NCBI GenBank assembly: GCA_049642065.1 | Contig: JBAROK010000007.1 | Location: 2,134 to 66,133 of the forward strand | Source of the DNA: Candidatus Omnitrophota bacterium | Lineage (GTDB): Bacteria > Omnitrophota > Gorgyraeia > Tantalellales > Tantalellaceae | DNA length: 64,000 nucleotides | Reading direction: 5' to 3' | Shown: piece after piece, positions 1-12,000 of the stretch | Position numbering within the stretch: the first letter of the stretch is position 1 | Layout of the letters: each line of letters opens with the position of its first letter | Position numbers and translations under genes: made by a program | The notes under the pieces: model-generated | What the model saw: the letters and a program-made list of their open reading frames with translations, nothing else | The model's database searches: none | Told to the model about the DNA's origin: nothing

Positions 1-1
1 G

Positions 2-3000
2 TCTGATTTCGATCAAAAGGTTAGGATAATTGGCGAGTGGCTGTTTCCCGCGATTAACGATGAGTTGAATAAGCTCGGCCTTGAAAATATTGAAGACGTT
101 GATGAGTTCGGTAATCAGGTAGTGAAGGAACGGCTGTTCAAGGAAAGAAAAGAGGCAGAGACCTCGGGGAGATTTAAAAGAGGCGAAGATGGGGAACTAG
201 CATTAGATGATACTTATGAGGAAGTAAAGGTTGTGAAGGAATTTTCCCAGATGCTTATGGATCTGGAAGCTGGACGGGTTACAGGCATTCAGCCGGGATA
301 CTTGATGTATATAGCCGAACTTGTCGAATATCTGGAAGGCAGCAGGCAGTTAAATTTTTATAGAAAAGGTACAATCGGTAATTTTAGGGTAGATGAATGC
401 ACGGTGCCTCTTAAGGGTGAGAACCATACTTTTTATGTGCTGAGGTTCCGAGATACCGGCAAGGTACTTTTTGGTGTAGCAGTTAAGGGTGATAAATGGA
501 TAAAGGTTAATGGTAGGGATGCAAACGTTGAGAATAAGCTCGGGAAGATCTATGAGCTCTTAAAGAGCGAGGGGTACACGCTGGTTGCTGAGTTAGCTGA
601 CTTCAAAATGGCTACAAGAGAAGAGCTCAAGAGCAGATTGGCGGAACTTACCGCACTGGCAAAAGACGAAGAAGTAGAGAAACGTTTTCCGATATACCAG
701 CTTGGCACAAAAGGAATCGAAGGTGGTTTTATACAGACACAGATCGCTTCACCGGGCAAAGTATTCGGAATAATCTCTATAGATACTCCTGGTAAGAAAG
801 ATTTACAGCAGGAATGGTCCTCAAAAATATATGTTCCGGGTAAAGGGTATATTGCTCCGGACGATACATCCAAGGCAAGCAAGGCGGCCGGTGCTATAGC
901 GGATTCAGGTGCTACTAATAATCATGCTAATATCACCTTGAGGCGTGAAGGTTTTGCCAGTGTGATAGGTATGGGGTCCCATCAGATGGTAGTGGAAGGG
1001 AACGTTATAAGGATAAAGTGTAACGTGCCGTCTACGGAAGATGTGATAAGGGGAAATGAAACTCGTACGATAAGACATTATAAGGAAGGGGAGGTCGTAC
1101 TAAGAGATGGCGACCTTGTCATGATAGATGCATCAGAAGATAGTTCTGACGGAGTCGTTGTTGCAGTGGGCAAAACGCAGTCAGAAGAGAAAGATTTTAG
1201 CGCCGAAGCGAAAGAACTTTTTGGTGTTCTCAGGGATATTGAACTGGGTGGTCCTCTCCAGGAGGGATCACAATACAGCCAGTTATATAAGCGAACTGTT
1301 GGGAGGATAACTGGTGCAGAGACGAAAATACGGGATATGCGTCTTCTGAACATGCGCAGGATCCTAAAAGACGCTTCAAGCGATAAAACTGTCAATCTCG
1401 CTAAGATGGTTGCCGAGATATTGATAGATACGAGCATGATAACCGATAGCGATAAAGCCAGAAGGACTCTGGAGACGCTCCTAAGAAGTCTTGACGATAA
1501 TGTGCGCGGTGAAGTGGAAGAGTTTATTAAGCTCCTTTTCGGTAAGAAGGTTTACCAGATAGAAAAAGAAATACATGCTGTGCTGGGGGAAGTAGGGATA
1601 AGTAATGTAAAGAAGAATCCGTCGTCCACGTTGCTGTACAGTAACACAGAACATATCCTGCTTGAGATCCGCGATCTTAACGATAAGATGGCTTTGGTAG
1701 CGGAGATGATACCGGGCGTGGATTACGATCCAGGAAAAGGTCTATTTGCTGAAGAAGCGGATATCATCAGGAAAAGGTTCAACGAGGCGCTTGAATATCT
1801 TCGCAGCAAGAAGCTGGATGAGCTGAGTGCGTATCATAGCGAGTACAGGATAGCGGAGATCGAACGTATCCTGAAAGCAGCTGATATTAATGAAGAAAAG
1901 TGGATAGAACTGAGCGATGAACTCGAGACGCTGAGGAGGACTTCAAGGGGATGGATGTTAGACAAGATCGAACGAGACCTAAGTAAGGTCAGAAGGGATA
2001 TTATAAAAGCGGAATGTCTCGGATGCGATCTTTCAAGCCCAGAGATGCTTACGCTTCAGATGGAAGTCAATCGTATGGTAGCTGTTGCTAACATCAAGAC
2101 GATGAGACAAAAAGGGCCGGGACGTTATGTTATAGACTTAAGTGAGCTGGGCAGCATATACAGGCAGGTTGCCGGGAACAAAGCTGCTGAGGTAGCTGAA
2201 GTGATGAAGATATCCGAATCTGCAGACAGCTATACTTACAGGACCGATTCCGGATTGACAGAGATAAGAAATATATTAAAAGACGGATTTGATCAAGTGC
2301 CTAGCGGGTTTGTCATAAGTTCTCTTGCTGTTTACAGCGTGATACAAGAAAACAGTGCTATTCGTCCAGATATAGAGGCGCTGATTTCCGGCAATGTGGC
2401 TCCTGAAGAAAAAATAGAGAAGTTAACGGAACTGTTGCTTGCCAAAGGAAAAATACCGGAATTTTTGAAAGAGATGATAGCGGAGAAATATAGTTCCATG
2501 GCAGGTGAAAGCAAGGAGCCTATAGTCATAACACGATCTACATCCCAGATGGAGGACCTTCTGGATGAAACAAGGCCCGGCGTTAGGAAAGCCGGTAAGT
2601 ATCTGTCCTTTGAATGCGTTAAGGGCATCGACCAGATAAAGAAGAACATATTTAAACATCTGGCACATTTCTGGGTAACAGAAGGAGATGTAAACGACCT
2701 TCATCCTATCCTAGTGCAGGAGATGCTTTTTGACCTGCATTCGTCTTTCGTGGCTAATTCAGTGGATTCTGCGGAAAAGAACTGGAACGTTGCGAACATA
2801 GATGCGGTGCTCGGATTGGGCAGGGGTGTCGTAGAAGGTGGGGAAGGTATAGCCATACATACCTTTAAGGCGGATAATGAGGGAAGGATAACGGGGCGTA
2901 TCGTGCCTCCCCATAACAGGATGTGGGCTCCCGCACCTTCCGGAATCGGTATCAAGCTGGTAGATGTGCCTGCGGAAATGAAAGCAGCTAGAGCTCTAAC

Positions 3001-6000
3001 CGAAGAACAGGTAGCGAAAATAGCAAAACTTGCACGTGCGTTCCAGAAATATTACAGGTTTCCTGTCAATATAGAGGGTGGTGTAACAAAAGACGGGAAG
3101 ATAGTTATATTCCAGGTGAGGCCTGATTCAACGCTGAAATCAAATTCATACAGCATGTCGGGGACCGGTATACACAGCCCGCCTGTAGAAAAAATTATAG
3201 CGCTCAGAAAACAGTATCTTGCCGCTGAAAATCCATCCGCGGAAGAACTGGGCAAAGTAGACCCCGCCGCTATATCGGAGCTGATAGATACCAACATAAA
3301 CGAATTATACCAAGCAAGAAAGTCCGAATCCGAAGTAAGAGACCTTGAATATAAACTGGTCGAGAGATTAGTTCAGTTTAAGGGTTACCATTATGACAGG
3401 GCCCGTGAAGTGGTAATGGACCTTAGGTTATACCACAGGCGCTCCGATGTGGTGGACAAACTGGACGAACTCTTCTTTGAGGAGCTAAAACAGATATTAA
3501 GAGAACGGCTGTTCGAAGAAGGGGAATTCAACAGGGACAGGGAAAAAATATCTTATTTTGTTGAGAATTTTCATAACTTGCAGGAGATCAGAGAGGGTAA
3601 AGATATACCGAATGGTAATCTTTTCAAGAGTAAACCGGAATACAGAGATGCGGTTATAACCTGGGAAGAGAGGATAGACCGGTACGCTTACAGGTATTTC
3701 ACCAACAAGGTAGCCTGGGATACAGCGAAAACTAACGCCGAAAAAGTCATATTTAACAATGTTCTGGTGAGGCATTTATCTGAAAAAGCGAAGGGTGAGA
3801 TGTATGCTTTTATAAGGTATCTCGTGCCCCGGCTTTACGAGAACATACCTCCTTTGAAACGGCTCAGACGCCCGACAATAGTTCTTATAGGCGGTACTAC
3901 TGCCAGCGGTAAATCCACTTCCGCCAGGTCTGTCGCTAAGAACCTGGGTATGCCGTATTATTTCTCTGCCGATCCTATAAGGGAAGTGCAAAGAAAGCTC
4001 ATACCGAAAGATACTAACCTGTCACCGGCTGACAAGCGGTCGAGTTTTCAGGAAGATCCGGCAGAAAAAGGGTTTATAGAACACGGGTCAAGCGTAATAA
4101 GGTCACTTAATGAATGTGCACGTTGGGCTGTCAATGAGAACAGGAGCATGGTAATAGAAGGTGTTCACCTTATCCCTGGACTTATAGATCCTAAACTTTT
4201 TGAAGAGGCGAACGTGGTGCAGATCATCGTGACAGTCGCCGACGAAAAAGGCCATGCCGCCAGGATAGAAAAAAGAGGTAAGGAAGAATCGGGAAGAGGT
4301 GGCGCTGGAAGATATCTTAAGGATTTCGATAAGATACGCAAAGCGAACGATCTTTTTGATGAACAGGCAAGGTCTCACGGCGTTGTAAGGGTGGATAATA
4401 GCAGCGATTTCACCCGTACTATCAGTGAAGTTCTTTTTTACGCGGCTGGTCCTTACAAAGATAAGGCGAAACAGGGACCGGATGAACGTTTACGGGCGAT
4501 GCTTGACAATAAAGTAACTAGGGAAAAAGTAAGGACTTCTTCCTCTTTAGGTAAGTATGTAAAGTCAGTGTACACGCTGGGAGAAAGCGACAAATTATAT
4601 ATCGATGCCAGTGAAATAGAGCCGGGAGTAATCGATAAGTCTGAAATAGAGGCTTTAAGGAATGCCATAGTCCAGACCACCTCAAGCGGTGCTCTGGTTA
4701 TAAGGGATTTTGACCGCCTTGTTGCCGAAGGCCGCTCTCTATTAGATTTTGCTGCCAGTATAGGTTTTGATGATGTGATCATCGGACAGGAAGCACTGTT
4801 CGCGCGTACCGCTAAAGAAGTAGAACCGATACTACAAGGGTTAACTGCGTATGCCGCTGAGCTTAACGTAAAAGTGCTTATAGAGAACCTGCCTACTACC
4901 GGTAATGCCGAGATATCCATTGGACTTAAGGACGCATACGGAAAAGGCGTACAGGATATTGATATGGAAGCGATAGTGCTTGCGGACGAAAATGGCGAAC
5001 CGGCCGGTATGATAGAAGACGGTGACGCCGTGTTCTTTGCCTGTAAACGCGGTGAGAGGGAGATACAGATCACGCTTCCCTTTGTCGCGGAAAAGATCGG
5101 CCAGAAATTCACGGACCTTGTAGTGAAAACATACGAGAAGATCAAGTTCGGGATAATGACACTTTATCACGACATGTTCGATCCGCTGCCAGTTGCGTTC
5201 AGGCCGATGAGACAAAAAGATCCGTTAGTAGACGTTTTAAGTGGCGCGGGCAAGAGATTCCTTCTTTCTGCCGAATCCGAGAAGATCAACCATATCACAT
5301 ATTTCTTCAAGGGGCAGTCAAGGGAGCCGATGGAAGGCGAAGAAATCTTCAGCGTAGATTCGCCTCCTAAAGATGAGCACCTTGACAGGCCGGAACTTTC
5401 TTTGCCCGCGCTTACTAAAGGTATTACTGAAAGGATGGAGACGGGCAATTTTGATTTCGTCGGTATAAACCTGGCTAACTGTGACGTTATCGGGCATTAT
5501 TACGATCCTACGGATGTAGAGAAGAACAAAGAAATAATCCAGATTAGACGCGAGGCGGCCGAAGCGGTTGATGAACACCTGGGGATACTGTTAGAGGCCG
5601 CAAAGAAACAGGGGTATTCTGTTATTGTTACCGCTGATCACGGCGTGGGAGAGGTAGCGGTAAAGAAAGGCAAGGGTGTCGGTAAACATACTACCAACCT
5701 GGTCCCGTTTATCGTGGTTGACCCGGACACTACAAAGGCGAGTGTTATTTCCATAGCTGAGACCGGAAGGCTTGGCGACGTGGCGCCGACGGTACTGGAT
5801 CTAATGAAGATGCAGAAACCGGAAGAAATGACGGGACAGAGCCTGCTCGTGGATTATCCTGAAAACGCTGATCCCAAAAAAGTTATGCTTATAGTGATGG
5901 ATGGTTGGGGTATAGGCGCAGAATCTGAAGATAACCCGATCCATATAGCTAATACACCTGTTCTGGACAGTCTTTACAAGGAATATTTGAACACTCGGAT

Positions 6001-9000
6001 AAAAGCGTCCCAGGAAGAGGTAGGGCTCCTTGCCGGTGACAGCGGTAATTCCGAAGCCGGTCATCTTAATCTCGGAGCGGGAAGAATAGTTTTAGGGGAC
6101 GATATAAGGATTGTCAATGCTGTTAAGGGTGAACCTATAGAAGGCGATACTACACTTGATGAGAACGCCGCGATACTTGAGACGATAGCTCATGCGAATG
6201 AACACGGTTCCAATCTTCACTTGATAGGACTCTTATCTGACGCAAGTTCGCATGGAAGGGTCGCCCATGTGCTGGAACTGCTCAAGCTTGCCAAGAGAAA
6301 AAGAGAAGAGTTCCGTGAGGAAGGTAAAGGTGACGGATTTAAAGAAGTCTTTATGCATATGATAACTGACGGCAGGAGCACCGAATCCGGTACTGCGCCG
6401 GTACTACTGCTTGATATGCAGAAACAGATGTCAAGGATAGGTCTTGGCAAGATCGTTGACTGTGTAGGCAGGAACCTTGCGCTTGACAGGGCATACAACT
6501 GGGGCAAAACGAAAAAAGCTTACCGGTTATTTGCCATGGGTGAAGGTAAACAGGTAGGTCCCGTGGGGATAGCCGAACAGCTTTTAAGAGATATACCGGA
6601 ACTTGGTGTCGCGTACAACTGGGATAACCATACCCTTAGCGGTGACCGTCCTGGTTTTGTGGGCAGTCTTGACGTAAGAGAACGGGTGGGCGCGATATTC
6701 GTCACTGATACGACCGTCAAAGACGAAGAGAAAAACATATTTGGAGCATTCGATGGCCATGGGGACATACCTTTCTTTGTCTATAGGATGCCGAAAGCAG
6801 CAAAAACACCCGAAAAGAAAAAGGAAGAAGAAACTATCTTAAGCGCTGAGACAGCTCAGGCCATTATTGATAAGTGCCAGGATAAACTTAAAGCTACGCG
6901 TAAGTCCCTTGAGGCTATACATGCGTATCAGTACCAGAGGGTAGTCAAGCTAGCGGAGGATCCAACCCTTCATTTTGATAAAGCACGAAAGAACCTTAAC
7001 GGCCTTTTTGCTGAGATCGAAAAAATATTAAACAGCCCTGACCTTGAGAGAAGGCAGAGGAAAGAAGCGATAAGGGCTCTTATGGAAGGGTTTATCGGGC
7101 TCTTCGGCTGGCAGACGATACAGTCAGTAAGGGAACATCTGGAAAGAGATGACCTGCCCGTAGACATACTTGACGGTGTCAACACTTATGAAGACCTCAA
7201 AAACGCTCTCAACGAGAACGCGAAAGTTAATATACCCGATGAGAAGATAGTCAATTACAGGTCAAAGATTACCCGAAGAAATATAGAGATGCGGGAGCTT
7301 GCTATTGAATATATCGAACTTGTTGAAGAGCAGAAGCGGCTTTATAACGAAGAACGTGAAGCGATACGGGAAGCTTACGTTGAAATTACCGGTGAAGAGC
7401 TAGTCGATGAGGAGAAGCTGCATGTCGCGGCAAGAAAAGCTTATCCGGAATATGTGCTGGACGTTCCGCATCTAAAGGATACGGATAAACCTACTTTTGT
7501 TAATGTTGCCGGAGTGATGGGGGTTAATAGCGCTGATGTGGCACATGCTATAGCCGAAAGGTCAGGTATCCCCTCTAGAATGCATTCTGGGATGCTGCGA
7601 GGAGTAATATCCGGGATATGGCCGGAAGATTTTATCAGCGCGACTGACAACTTTAATATCGGCAAAGATATAAAAGATGCGTATGTCAAAGCTTTTAATA
7701 AAGAAGCAAAGGCTGCATTAGAGGTTATCCTGACCGGTGAAGGGAATATCTCCAGAGCTGAAGCTGAAGCTATCCTGAAAAAGTTTGCCGAAAACTGGAA
7801 ACAGGCGATCCTCGAGCCGATTTACAGTGACTGGGTCAGGCTAACGAACCAGGGTACCAAACAAGCAATAAAGAGACTGCTAAAAGAAAAGTCCAGTCAG
7901 GTTTTTGTGGGAGTCTTCCCGGGTCTTCTTGATCCTGCGCATCATGAGGACGCGAATATCGTAAGCATTATAGTTAAAGTGGAAGATATCAATGAGCATT
8001 GGGACGGGTTCTTAGTTTCAGCAAAAGCCAGAGGAGTGGATAATCCATCAGACTGTATGGCGGAATTTTTCGCTAACAGAATACTCCAGGATCACCTGAC
8101 AGATTTGGGCAGGGACCTGATCCTGCCTGAAGTCCGTGAAACAGCTGTAGTTGACAGTTCTAATATGGAAAGTGCCGTCAGGAATGCTGTTAACAGGGTA
8201 ATCGATCCCATTGCAGATAGGTACGTTGAAGTGCCGAACGAAATAAAAGAAAAAGCAGAACTAGAAGAGAAAGTAGTTTTAGCCAAATATACCGAAGCAT
8301 GGGTAAAGTATTTAAAGATCCCTCAGATATCAATAGCATGGCTCTTAGGTTGGGCCGTTTTGAGATCGGTTTCTCCGGAAGCCGCGATAGCGTTCAGTAT
8401 AGCTTCGATATTTGGCGTTATATTCATGGTAATCGCCTCAAAAGACAGGTTGTTCCTGGAAAAGGCCGTGGCTAGCGCGGTTCTTGCTGTAGGGGTTTCT
8501 ACTTTCGTGCCAGGATGCTCAGAAGCGAAAAAAGACCCCAGGCCGGAACCAAGGCCGAATGCTGCGGCTGCTTCAGATGGAGACAAACCGGGCAATAAAG
8601 AATCGCAGGAGAAACCCTTCGAGATTAAGCCCGGCGAGAACATACCCGCCAGGGACAGAAATAAAGAAAAGAAGCCCAGTGAAGATACAATGAAAGCCGT
8701 AAGCGGTCTTATAGATAATGTGCTGGCACATACCGATAGGGACAGGACCGAAGATTACAGGAAGAACGCGAAGTTCCTGATGATCATGACGATGATGGTA
8801 GAAAGCGATCAGTTTGCCAGTTCCGTCCAGTACGGGGGAGGCCCCGCCAGGGGGCTGGCACAGTTCGAACCTGCGACGGCAAAATATGTGCGTGATCAGG
8901 TCAATAAACTAACGGAGAATAAAAGGTTCAAAAAAGCTCTCCAGGTCACTTTCGGCGAGAAATGGGAAGAGAAGATATTTGGCCTATCATCGGAAGAGAT

Positions 9001-12000
9001 CATCCGTAAGATGGAAGAGAAGCTTGAAGAAGTCAAAAAAGAACTGGCGGAAGCCGAAAAGAAAGAAGATCTTGAAAGAATGTTCAACAGGAAAGACGAG
9101 ATGGTGGATTTAGAAGAAGCGCTTGGGCGCCGCGGGTTAAGGACGTTCTTTATGAATTGGCGGTTCAGGATACTGATAATTAAAGCTCTCGGTGCGGACT
9201 GGGGATCTGTCAGCGCGATGAACGGTTACAGGATAGGGCAGGAACTTGCGCGTAACGATTTCTTTACTGTTATCATGACCCGCATAAATTATTTCAGGAA
9301 CCGCAATCCGATTCCGTCTCGCACGGATATTGGAGCTGTATATAGATATTATCTGGCGACATGGAGACCCGGAAAACCCGTTTCTTTCGAGAGGTTCAAG
9401 AGGCTTGTTAAGGTAGTAGAAGAGAGCGGTGTAATGAAAGAAGCGGTCATAGAAAAAACCGCAGCTAAAACATCTGATATAGCCGCGGACCAAAGAGAAG
9501 ATGCTCCTGCACGGATGGAGGCTAGACGCCGTCCTTGGATAGTTGTTCTATTCGTATTGACTGCTTTATCCGCTTTACTGTTCTGGATAACGTATAAAAA
9601 GATGTTCGAAAGTTTTCTTAAGAGCGCCAAACAGGGTACTGTCTTCAAGATGGACCTTTTCACCGATATATTCGACAGAAAAGATCTCCTGCGTAAGCTG
9701 GTAGCATCTGGTAAAGAAGTTACCGTGGGCAGGATCCCGGGTACGCATAAATATCTTTTCCGCATGGGAGACAAGAAATATACCACAACGGAGCTTGGCG
9801 AAGAGTATGCCGAGTACATCCCCGAAGGGCACGTTCATCCTGCAGAAGGCACAGCGGAGGAAAGAGCGAACGCTTTTATGCCGAGCGACCATGACCTGCT
9901 TAAATCCCATGGAAACTGGCGTTACATAGTTTCTGAGCTGGGAATCACCTGGTATGCGACTGACGGTGCCGTTATTGAGACAGCAATAGAGGATTACGCG
10001 ACGTTCTGGCATTCTGCCTGTCACAGGTCCCTCGATTCCATCAAGAAGATGATGGATGAGCGATTTGACGTAAAGATAGATTTTGATCAGATGGATCTTA
10101 GTAAAACGAAAACCCGTACGGGGAGATCTCTTTTGTTCGGGAAAACAGCACTGTCCGAAAAACCGGAACGCCCCTCAGGAGATGTGCACCCATTCAGCGC
10201 ATCAGAAGCTTATAAGGGCGTAGTTGTAGCTTTTGCTGTAAGCGTAGTCATGGCGGCAATGTTCGCATCCAAACTGGTATTCAATGGATTTGCGGGGTTT
10301 GATACTATTGCTACTATTAGTGCTATCGTCGGTATTTACTCCATTTTTACAACAGCGAGATATTATTTACTTGGTAAAGCCACGTATTATGCGCTTTTGG
10401 CGGAGGAACTTTCTCCTCGCCAGGCGCATGTCCGTGCGATAGCCACATCTGACGGCTGGCGTCATCCCGCTTTCCATAAACTTTTATCTAAGGAGAAAGA
10501 GATCATTGAAATCCATGAATCGTATAAGAACCATCTTATGGGCATGATAATGATAATGCCGGGGTTCCTGCTTGTGAATTTTCTTTTAAAGAGAGGTGTA
10601 ACTGAGATCGCGGATAGGGATGAAAACAGGGATAAGGTGGTTGAGCAGAGAGATTTCAGCAACCTCAGTGTGTATTTGAATAATCTCAGGAGCGAGAACG
10701 AACAACTGATATCTCCTGTACCTGTGATACGGGAAGTGGTAGAGGCCGGTTCAAGTCAGGTAAAGCAGCTCGAGGTGGGCAGGTCCGCGGAACTAGAGCT
10801 TAAAAAATCAAGGCAGGGACAGGCGGCAAGGGAAGAGCCTTCCCCGTCACAGAAGAAGATCGTGAGGAACTGGCGGTTCAGCGTGGAGCCGAAAGGGATT
10901 TTATACGGACAGGTAGAAGTAGAAGTGCTTGATAAGGTATCACAGGATGTTGTGAGCAAGGTGTATTTTCAGGATGCGCTGGAGATGATGAAGAATCTTG
11001 CCGGTGAAAGGCTCTTGTGGACTAATCCTACCTCAGCCGATAAGAGCAAAAACCTTCATTTTCACCTCTATAGGGAAAAAACCCCCTTGCCTGTAGAAAA
11101 TCATGAACTTGAACCATTATGCGAGGATAAAGATGGTGAAGGCGTCATATACACGGTCAAGGATTATCCGGACGAAGATCATCCCATAGCGGCTTTTGTG
11201 GTGAAGGGGACCCTTTCTCAGATCAATTTGATGAGCGCGAGGTGTTACGATATTGAAAAGATATTGCGTGCTAACGGTCAGACCGCCGATAAGCTTTTTG
11301 TGGAAGGGGAAGATGGAGAGATAAAAGTATATTTCTATCCCCGGAGAGCCGGTTACGCCAAGATATTTGATAGCGATAAAGCGCGTCGCCTGATCGGCCC
11401 GGTCTCGCTCAGCGGGTTATGGTCATTTGCTAATCAGAAGGATTATAGCCGTTTCACTAAGGAAGATCTGTATGGCGTACTGTCGAAAGTGGCGGTGCTG
11501 TACAAGAGCAGGAATTTTCAGAGGATAAGTGATGCCATAGTAAGGAATTTCCGCGAGGCGGAAGGTGCAGGCATACTCCCGCCCAGCGTTAGTTTCAGGT
11601 TATTTTCAGATTCACCTTTCGCTGAGGAAAGAAAAGAACCGGAAAACCTGGATGAAAGGATTCTTAGAAGGAAGAAAGTACTAGACGCTCTTTATGAGGA
11701 CGGAGTAAGAAGGGTCAACTTCACGTTTACTATCCCGACTGCCGGGATGGAGAGCGAAGACGAATGGATAATATTACAGCAGGCCCTAGAGCATGCCAAA
11801 TGGAAAGGCATGACTTCCGTGCTTTCAATACGCAATATAGTGCACAGGATCAGTGTTATTGAAAAGCAATGGGCACGCGTTGAGCAGTATATATTGCCAT
11901 GGGTGGATAAGATAAGTCTTAACGCTCAAGTGCAGAACGAGAACCTTGATAAGGCGTTACGTATTTTCGGACAGAATTGCAGCAATAAATCTATAGAGAT

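Noticed and set aside
65-67. TTG at 65 proposed by the ORF track as the start codon of gene 1.
   Set aside because: The same frame has no stop between nt 2 and 65 (SDFDQKVRIIGEWLFPAINDE...). The ORF therefore simply runs off the left edge, and the real start lies upstream of the window.
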